Positions 9,384 to 19,029 of a stretch of DNA of 64,000 nt are shown here, piece after piece. The notes beneath the pieces are model-generated. The model did no database searches and had not been told where the DNA came from. It saw only the letters and a program-made list of their open reading frames with translations. This DNA comes from Paracoccaceae bacterium. GTDB taxonomy: Bacteria > Pseudomonadota > Alphaproteobacteria > Rhodobacterales > Rhodobacteraceae. A program made the position numbers and the translations under genes. The stretch covers positions 249,781 through 313,780 of the forward strand of contig JAAFAB010000003.1 of NCBI GenBank assembly GCA_018222585.1. The letters are read 5' to 3'. The first letter of the stretch is position 1; each line of letters opens with the position of its first letter.

Positions 9384-10355
9384 TCAGACGGGCGCCGTGA
9401 CCTCGCGCACTTGCCAGAGACGGCGGGCTTCGTCCTCGGGCTCGGCAACCCCCAGCGTGTCGAGCGCCAGCGCGGCGGTACCCAGCACCACGGCCTCGGC
9501 GAAATCGTCCTGCCATTCCCCGGACCAGAGCTGCGCCAGCCGGGCCTGGCTTTCCCACCCCTGGTTCAGCTTCTGGGTCTCGGGCAGGATCTCGGACGCA
9601 CTGCCGTCGAAGGCGGCCCCGTCACGCAAACCGAAGAGGGCCGTGGCCTTGGTCGGGTTACGCTCGAACTCGCCGCCGCCGCCCTTGATCACGGTCAGCG
9701 ACTGCTGACCCAGCAGCTTGCCGGCGTCGGCCTGAAGCTCTCGGTAGGGCGGGTGGAATACCCCCTGCACCGAGGCCGGGGCCTTCGCCGGGTTCAGCAC
9801 CCGCAGCACCGTGTTGACGCAGCTGCGCACCCCCAGCTTGTCGCGCAGACGCAGCAGGTCCAGCAGCGCGGGCTGGAAGGCTTCCAGCGGCAGATAGGCG
9901 ATGCCCTGCGCCTCCAGCAGCTCTCCGGCCTCTTCGACCGATCCCGCCATGGGGATGCCGACCAGCGGCAGCGCGCCCCTGACAGAGGCCGCCGCCTGCA
10001 TGTGATGTTCGGAATTCCACCCGTGAATCAATACCTTGTGCCCGCCAGAGGCGACCAGCCGTGCCGACAGCAGGAAGAACGGCAATCCGCGCGTGCGCCC
10101 GGCGGCATAGCTGGGCCAGTCGAGCGCGGGTCGGGGGATCTGCGGCAGGGTCTCGCGCGCGGCCTCGGCGAAACCGGCGATTTCCTCGGCCACCTCGCCC
10201 TTCATGCGCAGCAGGGTCAGGATGGCGCCGATGGCCTCGGGGTCGCCTTCACCGTCGAGGATGATGCGCATGGCCTCTCGGGCCTCTTCCTGGGTGAAAG
10301 AGCGCGACCGCCCCTGCCCACGCGCCAGGATACGGGAATAGGGGGCCAGCTTCAT
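9384..10355 (-). CDS. YbiB/TrpD2-like protein (anthranilate phosphoribosyltransferase fold)
   Basis: ARGQGRSRSFT, LRMKGE, DWPSYAAGR, LGVRSCVNT, GVFHPPY, KGGGGEFERNP; ATG at 10355 overlaps the nasA stop (ATGA). Confidence 0.85.
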   Translation of the reverse strand: MKLAPYSRILARGQGRSRSFTQEEAREAMRIILDGEGDPEAIGAILTLLRMKGEVAEEIAGFAEAARETLPQIPRPALDWPSYAAGRTRGLPFFLLSARLVASGGHKVLIHGWNSEHHMQAAASVRGALPLVGIPMAGSVEEAGELLEAQGIAYLPLEAFQPALLDLLRLRDKLGVRSCVNTVLRVLNPAKAPASVQGVFHPPYRELQADAGKLLGQQSLTVIKGGGGEFERNPTKATALFGLRDGAAFDGSASEILPETQKLNQGWESQARLAQLWSGEWQDDFAEAVVLGTAALALDTLGVAEPEDEARRLWQVREVTAPV

Positions 10356-12985
10356 TCCGCCGCCTCGCGCGGAGCGAGCCGCGCCAGCAGGTCGGCCAGC
10401 TCGGGCCGGCAGGAACCGCAGTTGGTGCCCGCGCCCAGGGCCTCGCCGATGGCCTCGACCGAGACCAGGCGTTGCGCGTCTATGGCGTTCAGGATCGTGT
10501 TCACCCCGATGCCGAAGCAGGAACACAGCACCGGCCCCGGATCCGGCTGGTCGGCACCGGCGCGGCCCGAGAGTACCGTGGGCGCCTCGGTCCCCGGCAG
10601 GGCCGAGAGGTAGTCGCGCATCACGGCGACGGGTTCGGGGGCGGCGAAGAAGGCAGCGCGCAGCCGTCCGCCTTCGACAAAGGCGGCACGGAAGGTGCCC
10701 CGGGCGGGATCGCTGACGATCTGCATGTTGGCTCCGTCGATCTGGAACAGGTCTCTAGCGTAGACCTCCCAGTCTGCGGGGCAAGAGGCATCGGCGATTT
10801 CCGCCCGCCAGCCCTGAGCGGTCTTCGCCTTCGCCCAGTAGTCGGCGCGGGGGGTGAAGCCCCTGTCGCTGATGGCAAATCCGTAGAACCCGGCCTGCCA
10901 GCGGGCGACCTGCGCCACGGCGGCCTTGCTTTCGGGCTGGCCCGAGACCGGGTCCACCACCGGCGCCACCAGCGCGTCGATCCGGCCCGAGGGCGCGGTT
11001 TCGCCGGTCCAGTGCATCGGGGCGAAGATGTCGCCGGGGCGGATCTTTTCGGTCAGCAGGGCGCGCAGGATGGCGCGACCGTGGGGCGAGGTGACCTCGA
11101 CCAGATCAGACGGGGAAATCCCCTTTTCGGCGGCATCCGAGGGGTGGATCTCAAGGAAGGGCTCCGCGAGGTGCGCGGACAGTTTCGCCGAGCGCCCCGA
11201 GCGGGTCATCGTGTGCCACTGGTCGCGGATGCGCCCGGTGTTCAGGCGGAAGGGATGGTCCGCCGTCGTCTGCGCCACCGGGCCGCGCGGCGTGACCGCC
11301 AGCATCCGCCCCTTCCCCGAGGGGGTAAAGAAGCGCCCGTCACCGAAGAAGCGGCCGCCCTGCCGGGCGCCGGCGACGGGCCAGCGGGTGGGAGACATGT
11401 CCTCGTACCCGGCATCCGAGATGTCGGAGAGGCCGGAGATGTCGAAATCCAGCCCGAAGCCCCCGGCGATGCCCGACAGCGCGGCGTATTCGCGGAAGAT
11501 CTCGGCCGGGCCGGCATAGTCGAAAGCGGCGCCCCAGCCCATGCGGGCGGCGAAGCCGGTCAGGTGCTGCCAGTCGGGGCGGGCCTCTCCCGGCGCCTCC
11601 AGCACCTTGCGCTGGCGGCTGATGGTACGGTCGGAATTGGTGACGGTGCCCGACTTCTCGGCCCAGCCGGTAGCGGGCAGCAGCAGGTCGGCGAGGCGCG
11701 CGGTATCCGTGGCGCCGGTGATGTCCGAGACGACGACGAAATCACAGCCCGCGATGGCCTCGCGGACGCGGTCGGCATCGGGCAGCGTCACCGCCGGGTT
11801 GGTGTGCATGATCCACAGCGCCTTGATGCGCCCCTCACCCACGGCGCGGAACATGTCCACGGCCTTCAGCCCCGGCGTGTCGGCGATGGTGGGGGCTTCC
11901 CAGAAGCGCCGCACGGCGCTGCGATGGTCGGCGTTCTCAAGATCCATGTGGCAGGCCAGCATGTTGGCCAGCCCCCCGACCTCGCGCCCGCCCATGGCAT
12001 TGGGCTGGCCGGTGACGGAGAACGGCCCCATGCCGGGCTGCCCGATCCGCCCGGTCGCAAGGTGGCAATTGAGGATCGCGTTGACCTTGTCGGCCCCGGC
12101 AGAGCTTTGGTTGACGCCCTGCGAGTAGACGGTGACCACCTTTTCGGTGCGCATCCACAGGTCGTAGAAGGCGCGCAGGTCGGCAGCGGCGATGCCGGTC
12201 GCGCTCAGGTCAGAGGCGCGGGCCTCGGCCACAGCGGCCTCGACCCCCTCGACGTGAGAGAGGAACTCGGCATTCATCGCGCCCGCGTCGTCGATGGCCG
12301 CCAGCAGCCCGTTGAACAGCGCCACGTCGCCGCCGGGGGCCACGGGCAGGTGCAGGTCGGCGATATCGCAGGTGGCGGTGCGGCGCGGGTCGATGACCAC
12401 GACGCGCATGTGGGGGCGGGCTTTCTTCGCCGCGACAAGGCGCTGGTAGAGCACCGGGTGGCACCACGCCAGGTTCGAGCCGGTGAGGACAACCAGGTCG
12501 GCCTCTTCCAGGTCCTCATAGGTGCCGGGCACGGTGTCGGTGCCGAAGGCGCGCTTGTGACCTGCCACGGACGAGGCCATGCAAAGCCTTGAATTGGTGT
12601 CGATATTCGCCGAACCTATGAAGCCTTTCATCAGCTTGTTGGCAATGTAGTAGTCTTCGGTCAGAAGCTGGCCCGAGACGTAGAAGGCCACCGCGTCCGG
12701 CCCGTGTTCATCAATCACGGCGCGGAACTTCGCTGCTGCCTCATCCAGCGCGGCGTCCCAGCTGACCCGCTTCCCCCGCAGCATCGGGTAAAGCAGCCGA
12801 TCCTCCATCCCCAGCGTCTCGCCCAGGTTGGTGCCCTTGGAACAGAGCCGCCCGAGGTTCGCCGGATGCTCGCTGTCTCCGCGCACCGAAAGACCGCCCT
12901 GCCCGTCCGGGCCAAGCAGCACGCCGCAACCGACCCCGCAATAGGCGCAGGTCGAGCGGATCTCGGAGGCGGAGACATCCTTCAT
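10352..12985 (-). CDS. nasA: Assimilatory nitrate reductase catalytic subunit (Mo-bisPGD)
   Basis: CAYCGVGCG...LCSKG [4Fe-4S] motif, NSRLCMAS, TGQPNAMGGRE, C-terminal CSCF...CGSC BFD-like domain. Confidence 0.96.
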   Translation of the reverse strand: MKDVSASEIRSTCAYCGVGCGVLLGPDGQGGLSVRGDSEHPANLGRLCSKGTNLGETLGMEDRLLYPMLRGKRVSWDAALDEAAAKFRAVIDEHGPDAVAFYVSGQLLTEDYYIANKLMKGFIGSANIDTNSRLCMASSVAGHKRAFGTDTVPGTYEDLEEADLVVLTGSNLAWCHPVLYQRLVAAKKARPHMRVVVIDPRRTATCDIADLHLPVAPGGDVALFNGLLAAIDDAGAMNAEFLSHVEGVEAAVAEARASDLSATGIAAADLRAFYDLWMRTEKVVTVYSQGVNQSSAGADKVNAILNCHLATGRIGQPGMGPFSVTGQPNAMGGREVGGLANMLACHMDLENADHRSAVRRFWEAPTIADTPGLKAVDMFRAVGEGRIKALWIMHTNPAVTLPDADRVREAIAGCDFVVVSDITGATDTARLADLLLPATGWAEKSGTVTNSDRTISRQRKVLEAPGEARPDWQHLTGFAARMGWGAAFDYAGPAEIFREYAALSGIAGGFGLDFDISGLSDISDAGYEDMSPTRWPVAGARQGGRFFGDGRFFTPSGKGRMLAVTPRGPVAQTTADHPFRLNTGRIRDQWHTMTRSGRSAKLSAHLAEPFLEIHPSDAAEKGISPSDLVEVTSPHGRAILRALLTEKIRPGDIFAPMHWTGETAPSGRIDALVAPVVDPVSGQPESKAAVAQVARWQAGFYGFAISDRGFTPRADYWAKAKTAQGWRAEIADASCPADWEVYARDLFQIDGANMQIVSDPARGTFRAAFVEGGRLRAAFFAAPEPVAVMRDYLSALPGTEAPTVLSGRAGADQPDPGPVLCSCFGIGVNTILNAIDAQRLVSVEAIGEALGAGTNCGSCRPELADLLARLAPREAAE

Positions 12986-13317
12986 CAGGCGGCGCTCCTC
13001 TTGCCGACGGCCATGGCGTCCAGCATCAGCCGGCCTTCTTCCAGACGGATCGGATAGGTGGCGATGCGGCCCTCGTCGGCGCCCTGCGCCTCGCCCGTCT
13101 CAAGCGAGAACACCCAGTTATGCAACGGGCAAGTCACCTTGCGGCCATGCACGATGCCATCCGACAGCGGCCCGCCCTTGTGCGGGCAGCTGTTGGCGGC
13201 GGCGAAGACCTCGGCCTCGGCGGTGCGGAAGATCGCGATGCAGCCGACGGGGGTCTTGACCATCCGCGCTCCCCGCAGGGGCACATCGTCGATATGTCCG
13301 ATGTCGATCCAGCTCAT
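12985..13317 (-). CDS. nirD: Nitrite reductase small Rieske subunit
   Basis: CPHKGG...CPLHNW Rieske motif; coupled to nirB and nasA. Confidence 0.95.
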   Translation of the reverse strand: MSWIDIGHIDDVPLRGARMVKTPVGCIAIFRTAEAEVFAAANSCPHKGGPLSDGIVHGRKVTCPLHNWVFSLETGEAQGADEGRIATYPIRLEEGRLMLDAMAVGKRSAA

Positions 13318-15752
13318 TCCGCGGCCTCCAGGGTGATGTCGGCAAGGGGCTGGTACTGATCGGCGCGACGTTCGGCGTGATCGGCCCAGGGGTCCTTGCG
13401 ATAGACGGATTGCGAGATTTCAAAGCGCTCGTTCAGGGCGGCGCGCTCGGCGTCATCGGAAAGGCGTTCCTTCACCCAGTCGAGCCCCACCTTGGCAACC
13501 CACTTGTAGGGCCGGTCCAGGTACTTGGCGTGCTCGCGGTAAAGCTGGACGAAGGCGGCGGTCCATTCTATTGCCTCTTCTTCGGTCTTCACGTCGACGA
13601 GGCGCTCGGTTTCCTTCACGTCCATCCCGGCGGCACCGGCGACGCCCACCTGATAGCCACTGTCGACACAGACGATGCCCACGTCCTTGCAGGTCGCCTC
13701 GGCGCAGTTGCGCGGGCAGCCCGAGACACCAAGCTTCACCTTGTGTGGCGTCCAGCTGCCCCACAGCTTCTGTTCCAGCTTGATGCCAAGCCCGGTGCTG
13801 TCCTGGGTGCCGAAGCGGCAGTGGTCCGACCCGACGCAGGTCTTCACCGTCCGCAGCCCCTTGGAATAGGCATGGCCCGAGACCATGCCCGCCTGGTTCA
13901 GATCGTACCAGATCGCCGGCAGATCCTCCTTCTTCACACCCAGAAGGTCGATACGTTGGCCGCCGGTCACCTTTACCGTGGGAACCTTGTACTTATCGGC
14001 GGCGTCCGCAATGGCGCGCAGCTCATCGGGGGTGGTGATGCCACCCCACATGCGCGGCATCACCGAGAAGGTCCCGTCCTTCTGGATGTTGGCGTGGTTG
14101 CGCTCGTTCACGAAGCGCGACTGGAGGTCGTCCTGGTACTCCAGCGGCCAGTCGGCCAGCAGGTAGTAGTTCACCGCCGGACGGCAGACATGGCAGCCGT
14201 TCGGGGTGGTCCAGCCCAGTTCCTGCCAGACGGCGGGCTGGGATTTCAACTCCTGCGCCTTGATCAGGCGGCGCACGTCCTCGTGCGTCAGGTCCGTGCA
14301 GCCGCAGACCGATTGCGCGGCGGGCAGGACGAAATCATCGCCCAGCGTCGCGGCCATGACCTGTTCCACCAGGCCCGTGCAGGTCCCGCAGGAGGCGCTG
14401 GCCTTGGTCGTCGCCTTGATATCGGCGAGGCTGCCTGCCCCGTCCTTGATGGCCTGGGTGATCTGTCCCTTGCAGACGCCGTTGCAGCCGCAGATCTCCG
14501 CGTCATCCGGTAAGGCTGCAACGGCTGCCAAAGGGTCCCCGGAGGCGCCCCCCTGGAAGGCCGGTCCGAAGATCAGGGTGTCGCGCATCTCGGCGACGCT
14601 CTCGCCGTCCTTGATCAGGCCGAAGAACCAGCTGCCATCGGCGGTGTCGCCGTACATCACCGCGCCGATCAGGCGATTGTCCTTCAGAACCAACCGCTTG
14701 TAGACGCCGCGCGCGGGATCACGGAAGACGATGTCCTCGCGGTCCTCGCCCTCGGCGAAGTCCCCGGCGCTGAACAGGTCGCAACCGGTGACCTTCAGCT
14801 TGGTCGAGACCTCTTTCTGCACGAAGCGGGCCGGCTTGCCCGACAGCGTCGCGGCGGCCACCTTGGCCTGCTCGTAAAGCGGCGCGACGAGGCCGAAGAT
14901 GGCGCCGTTGTGCTCGACGCATTCGCCGACCGACAGGATATGCTCATCCGAGGTGACCATCTGGTCGTCCACATGGATGCCCTTGCCCACGGCCAGCCCG
15001 GCCTGCTGGCCAAGCGCCACGTTGGGGCGGATGCCGACGGCCATGACCAGCAGGTCGCAGGGCAGCACGGTGCCATTGTCCAGCTCAAGCCCGGTCACAT
15101 GGCCATTTTCGCCGAGGATTTGTTTCGAGTTGGTCGAGCACAGCACCTTGATGCCCCGGCCGACCAGCTCCTTGCGCAGCAGGTAGCCCGCGGCCTCGTC
15201 CAACTGGCGTTCCATCAGGTGACCCATCAGGTGCACGACGGTCACATCGACGCCGCGCGCATGAAGGCCGGCGGCGGCTTCCAGCCCCAGAAGACCGCCG
15301 CCGATCACCACCGCTTTCGCGGCCTGTTGCTCTCCCAGGGCGATCATGCGGTTGGTGTCTTCCAGATCCCGGTAGGCGATGACGCCATCCAGATCTTGCC
15401 CCGGAAGGGGGATGATGAAGGGGTTCGAGCCGGTGGCGATGACCAGCTTGTCATACTCCAGCACCTCGCCCGCCTCGGTCATCACGCGGCGGCTGGCGCG
15501 GTCGATTTCGGCCACCTTTTCGCCAAAGCGGCAGGTGACCCCGCGCTCGGCATACCAGGCTACGTCATGGGTAACGATGTCCTCGTAGGTCTTTTCCCCC
15601 GACAGCACGGGGGACAGCATCAGGCGGTTGTAGTTGCCGCGCGGCTCGGCGTTGAAGAGGGTGACATCCCAGTCGCCCCCCTGGTCGAAAAGATGCTCAA
15701 GCATTCGGCCCGAGGCCATGCCGGCACCGATGACGATCAGCTTCCTGGTCAT
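13314..15752 (-). CDS. nirB: NAD(P)H-dependent nitrite reductase large subunit
   Basis: FAD (IGAGMA) and NADH (IGGGLLGLEAA) sites, two BFD [2Fe-2S] motifs, CVGSDHC and GCPRNC siroheme-[4Fe-4S] ligands. Confidence 0.97.
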   Translation of the reverse strand: MTRKLIVIGAGMASGRMLEHLFDQGGDWDVTLFNAEPRGNYNRLMLSPVLSGEKTYEDIVTHDVAWYAERGVTCRFGEKVAEIDRASRRVMTEAGEVLEYDKLVIATGSNPFIIPLPGQDLDGVIAYRDLEDTNRMIALGEQQAAKAVVIGGGLLGLEAAAGLHARGVDVTVVHLMGHLMERQLDEAAGYLLRKELVGRGIKVLCSTNSKQILGENGHVTGLELDNGTVLPCDLLVMAVGIRPNVALGQQAGLAVGKGIHVDDQMVTSDEHILSVGECVEHNGAIFGLVAPLYEQAKVAAATLSGKPARFVQKEVSTKLKVTGCDLFSAGDFAEGEDREDIVFRDPARGVYKRLVLKDNRLIGAVMYGDTADGSWFFGLIKDGESVAEMRDTLIFGPAFQGGASGDPLAAVAALPDDAEICGCNGVCKGQITQAIKDGAGSLADIKATTKASASCGTCTGLVEQVMAATLGDDFVLPAAQSVCGCTDLTHEDVRRLIKAQELKSQPAVWQELGWTTPNGCHVCRPAVNYYLLADWPLEYQDDLQSRFVNERNHANIQKDGTFSVMPRMWGGITTPDELRAIADAADKYKVPTVKVTGGQRIDLLGVKKEDLPAIWYDLNQAGMVSGHAYSKGLRTVKTCVGSDHCRFGTQDSTGLGIKLEQKLWGSWTPHKVKLGVSGCPRNCAEATCKDVGIVCVDSGYQVGVAGAAGMDVKETERLVDVKTEEEAIEWTAAFVQLYREHAKYLDRPYKWVAKVGLDWVKERLSDDAERAALNERFEISQSVYRKDPWADHAERRADQYQPLADITLEAAE

Positions 15753-15777
15753 TGGATCCTCCTTTGAGGGATCGGAG

Positions 15778-16218
15778 TCAGCTTGTCCCTGACGCGGCAG
15801 GGGGTTCTGGCGGATAGGCGGCGCCGATCATGGCGCCCGACAGGGTCGTGTAGGCGGTGGTCCAGGCGGCGCGAACCTCGGGGGTGAAAGCCTCGCCCAG
15901 CCCGGCCTCCAGCGTGCGTAGCAAGGAGGCGCCGACGGAGTCGTAATGGGCCGGGGTGACGCCGTAATCGACGTGACGGCTGGCGAGGTCGGCGGCGACC
16001 GGCAGCAGCGCGGGCAGGTCGTTCAGCCCCTTCACGACCGTGTTCAGCGTCTGCATCAGCTTGCCGCCCTGCCGGGCCATGTCGGTTTCCTCGAAGAGGG
16101 GCCGGACCTCGGGCGCGGTCTGGAAGAGGTCGGCGTAGAAGATTTCCGCCGCCCTGGCCTTGATCGGCCAGACCTTTGCAAAACTCTGTTGGACAAGGGC
16201 GATGTCACTGGATTCCAT
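15778..16218 (-). CDS. Single-domain globin (flavohaemoglobin-family globin domain)
   Basis: B10 Tyr (IFY), CD1 Phe (PLF), E7 Gln (RQG), proximal F8 His (RHVDYGV), AW..AY H-helix; no FAD/NAD domain. Confidence 0.92.
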   Translation of the reverse strand: MESSDIALVQQSFAKVWPIKARAAEIFYADLFQTAPEVRPLFEETDMARQGGKLMQTLNTVVKGLNDLPALLPVAADLASRHVDYGVTPAHYDSVGASLLRTLEAGLGEAFTPEVRAAWTTAYTTLSGAMIGAAYPPEPPAASGTS

Positions 16219-16224
16219 GGGTCA

Positions 16225-17916
16225 CTACTCCGCAGCTATCTGGGCCGTCGCCCGCGCTGCGGGTTTCGGCCGGGGTGTCGCGCCGTGCTCGTATTCCTCC
16301 AGGAAATCGAGCACTTCCTGGCGGTAGTGATAGTAGTCGGGATGTTCCAACAGAGCCTTACGGGTCCTGGGGCGCGGCAGGTCGACATGGGTGATCTTGC
16401 CGATGGTGGCGCGGGGGCCGTTGGTCATCATGACCACGCGGTCAGCCAGCAGGATCGCCTCGTCGACGTCATGGGTGACGCAGACGGCGGTGACCTTGGT
16501 GCGCGACCAGACCTCCATCAGCACCTCCTGCAGCTCCCAGCGGGTGAGGCTGTCGAGCATCCCGAAGGGCTCATCCAGCAACAGCAGCTTGGGGCTGAGG
16601 GCGAAGGCACGGGCGATACCGACGCGCTGCTTCATGCCGTTGGACATGGAATGCGCCGGGCGGTCCATGGCATCGGCCAGGCCGACGCGTTCCAGGTAGT
16701 AATCCACCACGTCCTGCTTCTCGGCCCGGCTGGCGCGGGGATAGACCTTGTCGACGCCGATGGCACAGTTCTCGCGCGCGGAAAGCCAGGGGAAGAGGTT
16801 GGGCGACTGGAAGACCACCGCGCGCTCGGGGTCCGCACCGCGCACCTCGTAGCCGTCCAGCTTGATGACCCCTTCCGAGATGTCGTTCAGGCCGGCGGTC
16901 ATGGTCAGCACCGTCGACTTGCCGCACCCCGAGTGACCGATGAGAGAGACGAACTCGCCCCGGTCCAGCTTCAGGTTGAAGTCCTCGACCACGGTCAGCG
17001 GACCTTTCGGCGTGGGATAAACCTTGTGCAGGTTGTCGAAGCTCAGGAAGCGGTCGTCGATCATGCCCTTCTGCGCCTCGGTGACGGCCTTGGGCAGGTT
17101 GTGGATCGCCTCGACGCTGGGAAGGGTGCGGGTTTCCTCGGCCTTTGCCTCGATACCGACATCCATCAGGTAGGTGGTGACGCGGGCGCGCAGGGCCTTG
17201 AAGGTCTCGTCATTGTTCATCGCAGAGCGGTCGCGGGGCCGCGCCATGTCCACGATGAATTCCTCGCCCAGGGTCCCGTCGGGGTTCAGGGCAATGATGC
17301 GGTCGGCCAGCAGGATGGCCTCGTCCACGTCATTGGTGATCAGCACGCAGGTCTGCTTTTCCTCGTTCCAGATCGCCTCGATCTCGTCGCCGAGGTTGGC
17401 GCGGGTCAGGGCGTCCAGCGCCGAAAGCGGCTCGTCCAGCAGCAGAACCTCGGGGTTCATCGCCAGCGCGCGGGCCACGTTGACCCGCTGGCGCATCCCA
17501 CCGGACAGCTCCGCCGGGCGGCGGGTCGTGGCGTGGGACAGGCCGACCATCTGGATGTACTTCGCCGCCTTCTCTTCCTTCTCCTTGCGGGACAGGCCGG
17601 GGAAGATCGTGTCCACCGCCAGCATGACGTTGCCGTGCACCGTCAGCCAGGGCATCAGCGAGTAGTTCTGGAAGATCACGCCGCGCTCGGGGCCGGGGCC
17701 GGTGACGGGCTTGCCCTTGAACAGCACCTCGCCCTTGGTGGGCATTTCCAGCCCGGCCAGCAGGTTGATCAGGGTGGTCTTGCCGGTGCCCGAGAAGCCC
17801 AGCAGGACCAGGAACTCGCCTTCCGCGACGCTCAGGTCGATGTCCTTCAGCACGTGGGTCGCATGGGTGCCCTCGCCGAAGCTTTTCGAGACGTTCTTGA
17901 GATCCAGGATGCTCAT
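16225..17916 (-). CDS. Nitrate ABC transporter ATP-binding protein, two fused NBDs (NrtC/NrtD-like)
   Basis: Two Walker A (GFSGTGKT, GHSGCGKS), two signature (LSGGMRQR, MSNGMKQR) and two LLLDEP motifs; true start MSILD at 17916. Confidence 0.93.
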   Translation of the reverse strand: MSILDLKNVSKSFGEGTHATHVLKDIDLSVAEGEFLVLLGFSGTGKTTLINLLAGLEMPTKGEVLFKGKPVTGPGPERGVIFQNYSLMPWLTVHGNVMLAVDTIFPGLSRKEKEEKAAKYIQMVGLSHATTRRPAELSGGMRQRVNVARALAMNPEVLLLDEPLSALDALTRANLGDEIEAIWNEEKQTCVLITNDVDEAILLADRIIALNPDGTLGEEFIVDMARPRDRSAMNNDETFKALRARVTTYLMDVGIEAKAEETRTLPSVEAIHNLPKAVTEAQKGMIDDRFLSFDNLHKVYPTPKGPLTVVEDFNLKLDRGEFVSLIGHSGCGKSTVLTMTAGLNDISEGVIKLDGYEVRGADPERAVVFQSPNLFPWLSARENCAIGVDKVYPRASRAEKQDVVDYYLERVGLADAMDRPAHSMSNGMKQRVGIARAFALSPKLLLLDEPFGMLDSLTRWELQEVLMEVWSRTKVTAVCVTHDVDEAILLADRVVMMTNGPRATIGKITHVDLPRPRTRKALLEHPDYYHYRQEVLDFLEEYEHGATPRPKPAARATAQIAAE

Positions 17917-17921
17917 GGCGC

Positions 17922-19004
17922 TCACCGGTTGTTCGAGAAGGTGAAGAGGGATTGCAGGGCGAACATCACGCGATCCAGCAGGAAGCCGATCACGCCGATG
18001 GTGAAGACCGCGACCATGATCCTGGCGAGGCTGCTGGAGGAGCCGTTCTGGAACTCGTCCCAGACGAATTTGCCAAGGCCGGGGTTCTGGGCCAGCATCT
18101 CGGCCGCGATCAGGACCATCCAGCCGACACCGAGGCTCAGGCGCAGGCCGGTGAAGATCAGCGGCAGCGCCGAGGGCAGCACCAGCTTGGTGATCTTCGA
18201 CCAGGTGCCCATCTTCAGCACCTTGGAGACGCTGATCAGATCCTTGTCGATCGAGGCCACGCCAAGCGCGGTGTTGATCAGCGTGGGCCAGAGAGAGCAC
18301 AGCGTCACGGTGATCGCCGAGACCAGGAAGCTTTTCGCAAACAGCCCGTCATTGGTGGTGTAGACCGCCGAGACGACCATGGTGACGATGGGCAGCCAGG
18401 CCAGCGGCGAGACCGGCTTGAAGATCTGGATGATCGGGTTCAGCGCCGCATTGGCGGTGATCGAGAGACCGGCGGCGATGCCCAGCGGAATTGCGATGAC
18501 GCTGGCGATCAGGAAGCCGAAGAACACCGTCTTGATCGAGGTCCAGATCTGCGCGTAGTAGCTCGGCGCGCCGGTGTAGGGGATTTCCTTCACCTTTTCC
18601 GGCTGGCCGTTGTCGATGAAACGCTGGTTGCGGGCGTCGACGCGCTCCTGGAATTCGCGCCGGTCGGCGGCGGTCTGCAGGGCGCTTTCATGCAGCTGCA
18701 CGGCCTCGGTCCAGACCTGCGCCGGGCCGGGCACGGCCCCCAGGGATGTCTGCACGCGCGGCGCCAGGGTGCCCCAGAGGGTCAGGAAGACCGCGATCGC
18801 CAGCAGCGGCACACCCAGCAGACGCCAGATGTCGCGGGCCTGGGCCTTGGGGTTGTCGCCAGCGGCGGCCTTCAGGATCGGGGTGATCCAGGCCAGGCCC
18901 AACACCTGAAGCCATTTGTCGACGGCATTGATGCGGGTGAACAGCTTCGCGCGGCGGGCCTCACGGGCCTCTTTGCGCGCAAAATCGGGATCGACAGTGG
19001 TCAT
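17922..19004 (-). CDS. Nitrate ABC transporter permease (NrtB-like)
   Basis: PVSPLAWLP, WPTLINTALGV, LRLSLGVGWMVLIAAEM motifs. Confidence 0.93.
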   Translation of the reverse strand: MTTVDPDFARKEAREARRAKLFTRINAVDKWLQVLGLAWITPILKAAAGDNPKAQARDIWRLLGVPLLAIAVFLTLWGTLAPRVQTSLGAVPGPAQVWTEAVQLHESALQTAADRREFQERVDARNQRFIDNGQPEKVKEIPYTGAPSYYAQIWTSIKTVFFGFLIASVIAIPLGIAAGLSITANAALNPIIQIFKPVSPLAWLPIVTMVVSAVYTTNDGLFAKSFLVSAITVTLCSLWPTLINTALGVASIDKDLISVSKVLKMGTWSKITKLVLPSALPLIFTGLRLSLGVGWMVLIAAEMLAQNPGLGKFVWDEFQNGSSSSLARIMVAVFTIGVIGFLLDRVMFALQSLFTFSNNR

Positions 19005-19029
19005 GCGTCTTCTCCTGGATCTGCGGGAA

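Noticed and set aside
16225-18300. 691-aa version of the nitrate ABC ATPase
   Set aside because: The extra N-terminus overlaps the permease in another frame; the real start is MSILD at 17916.
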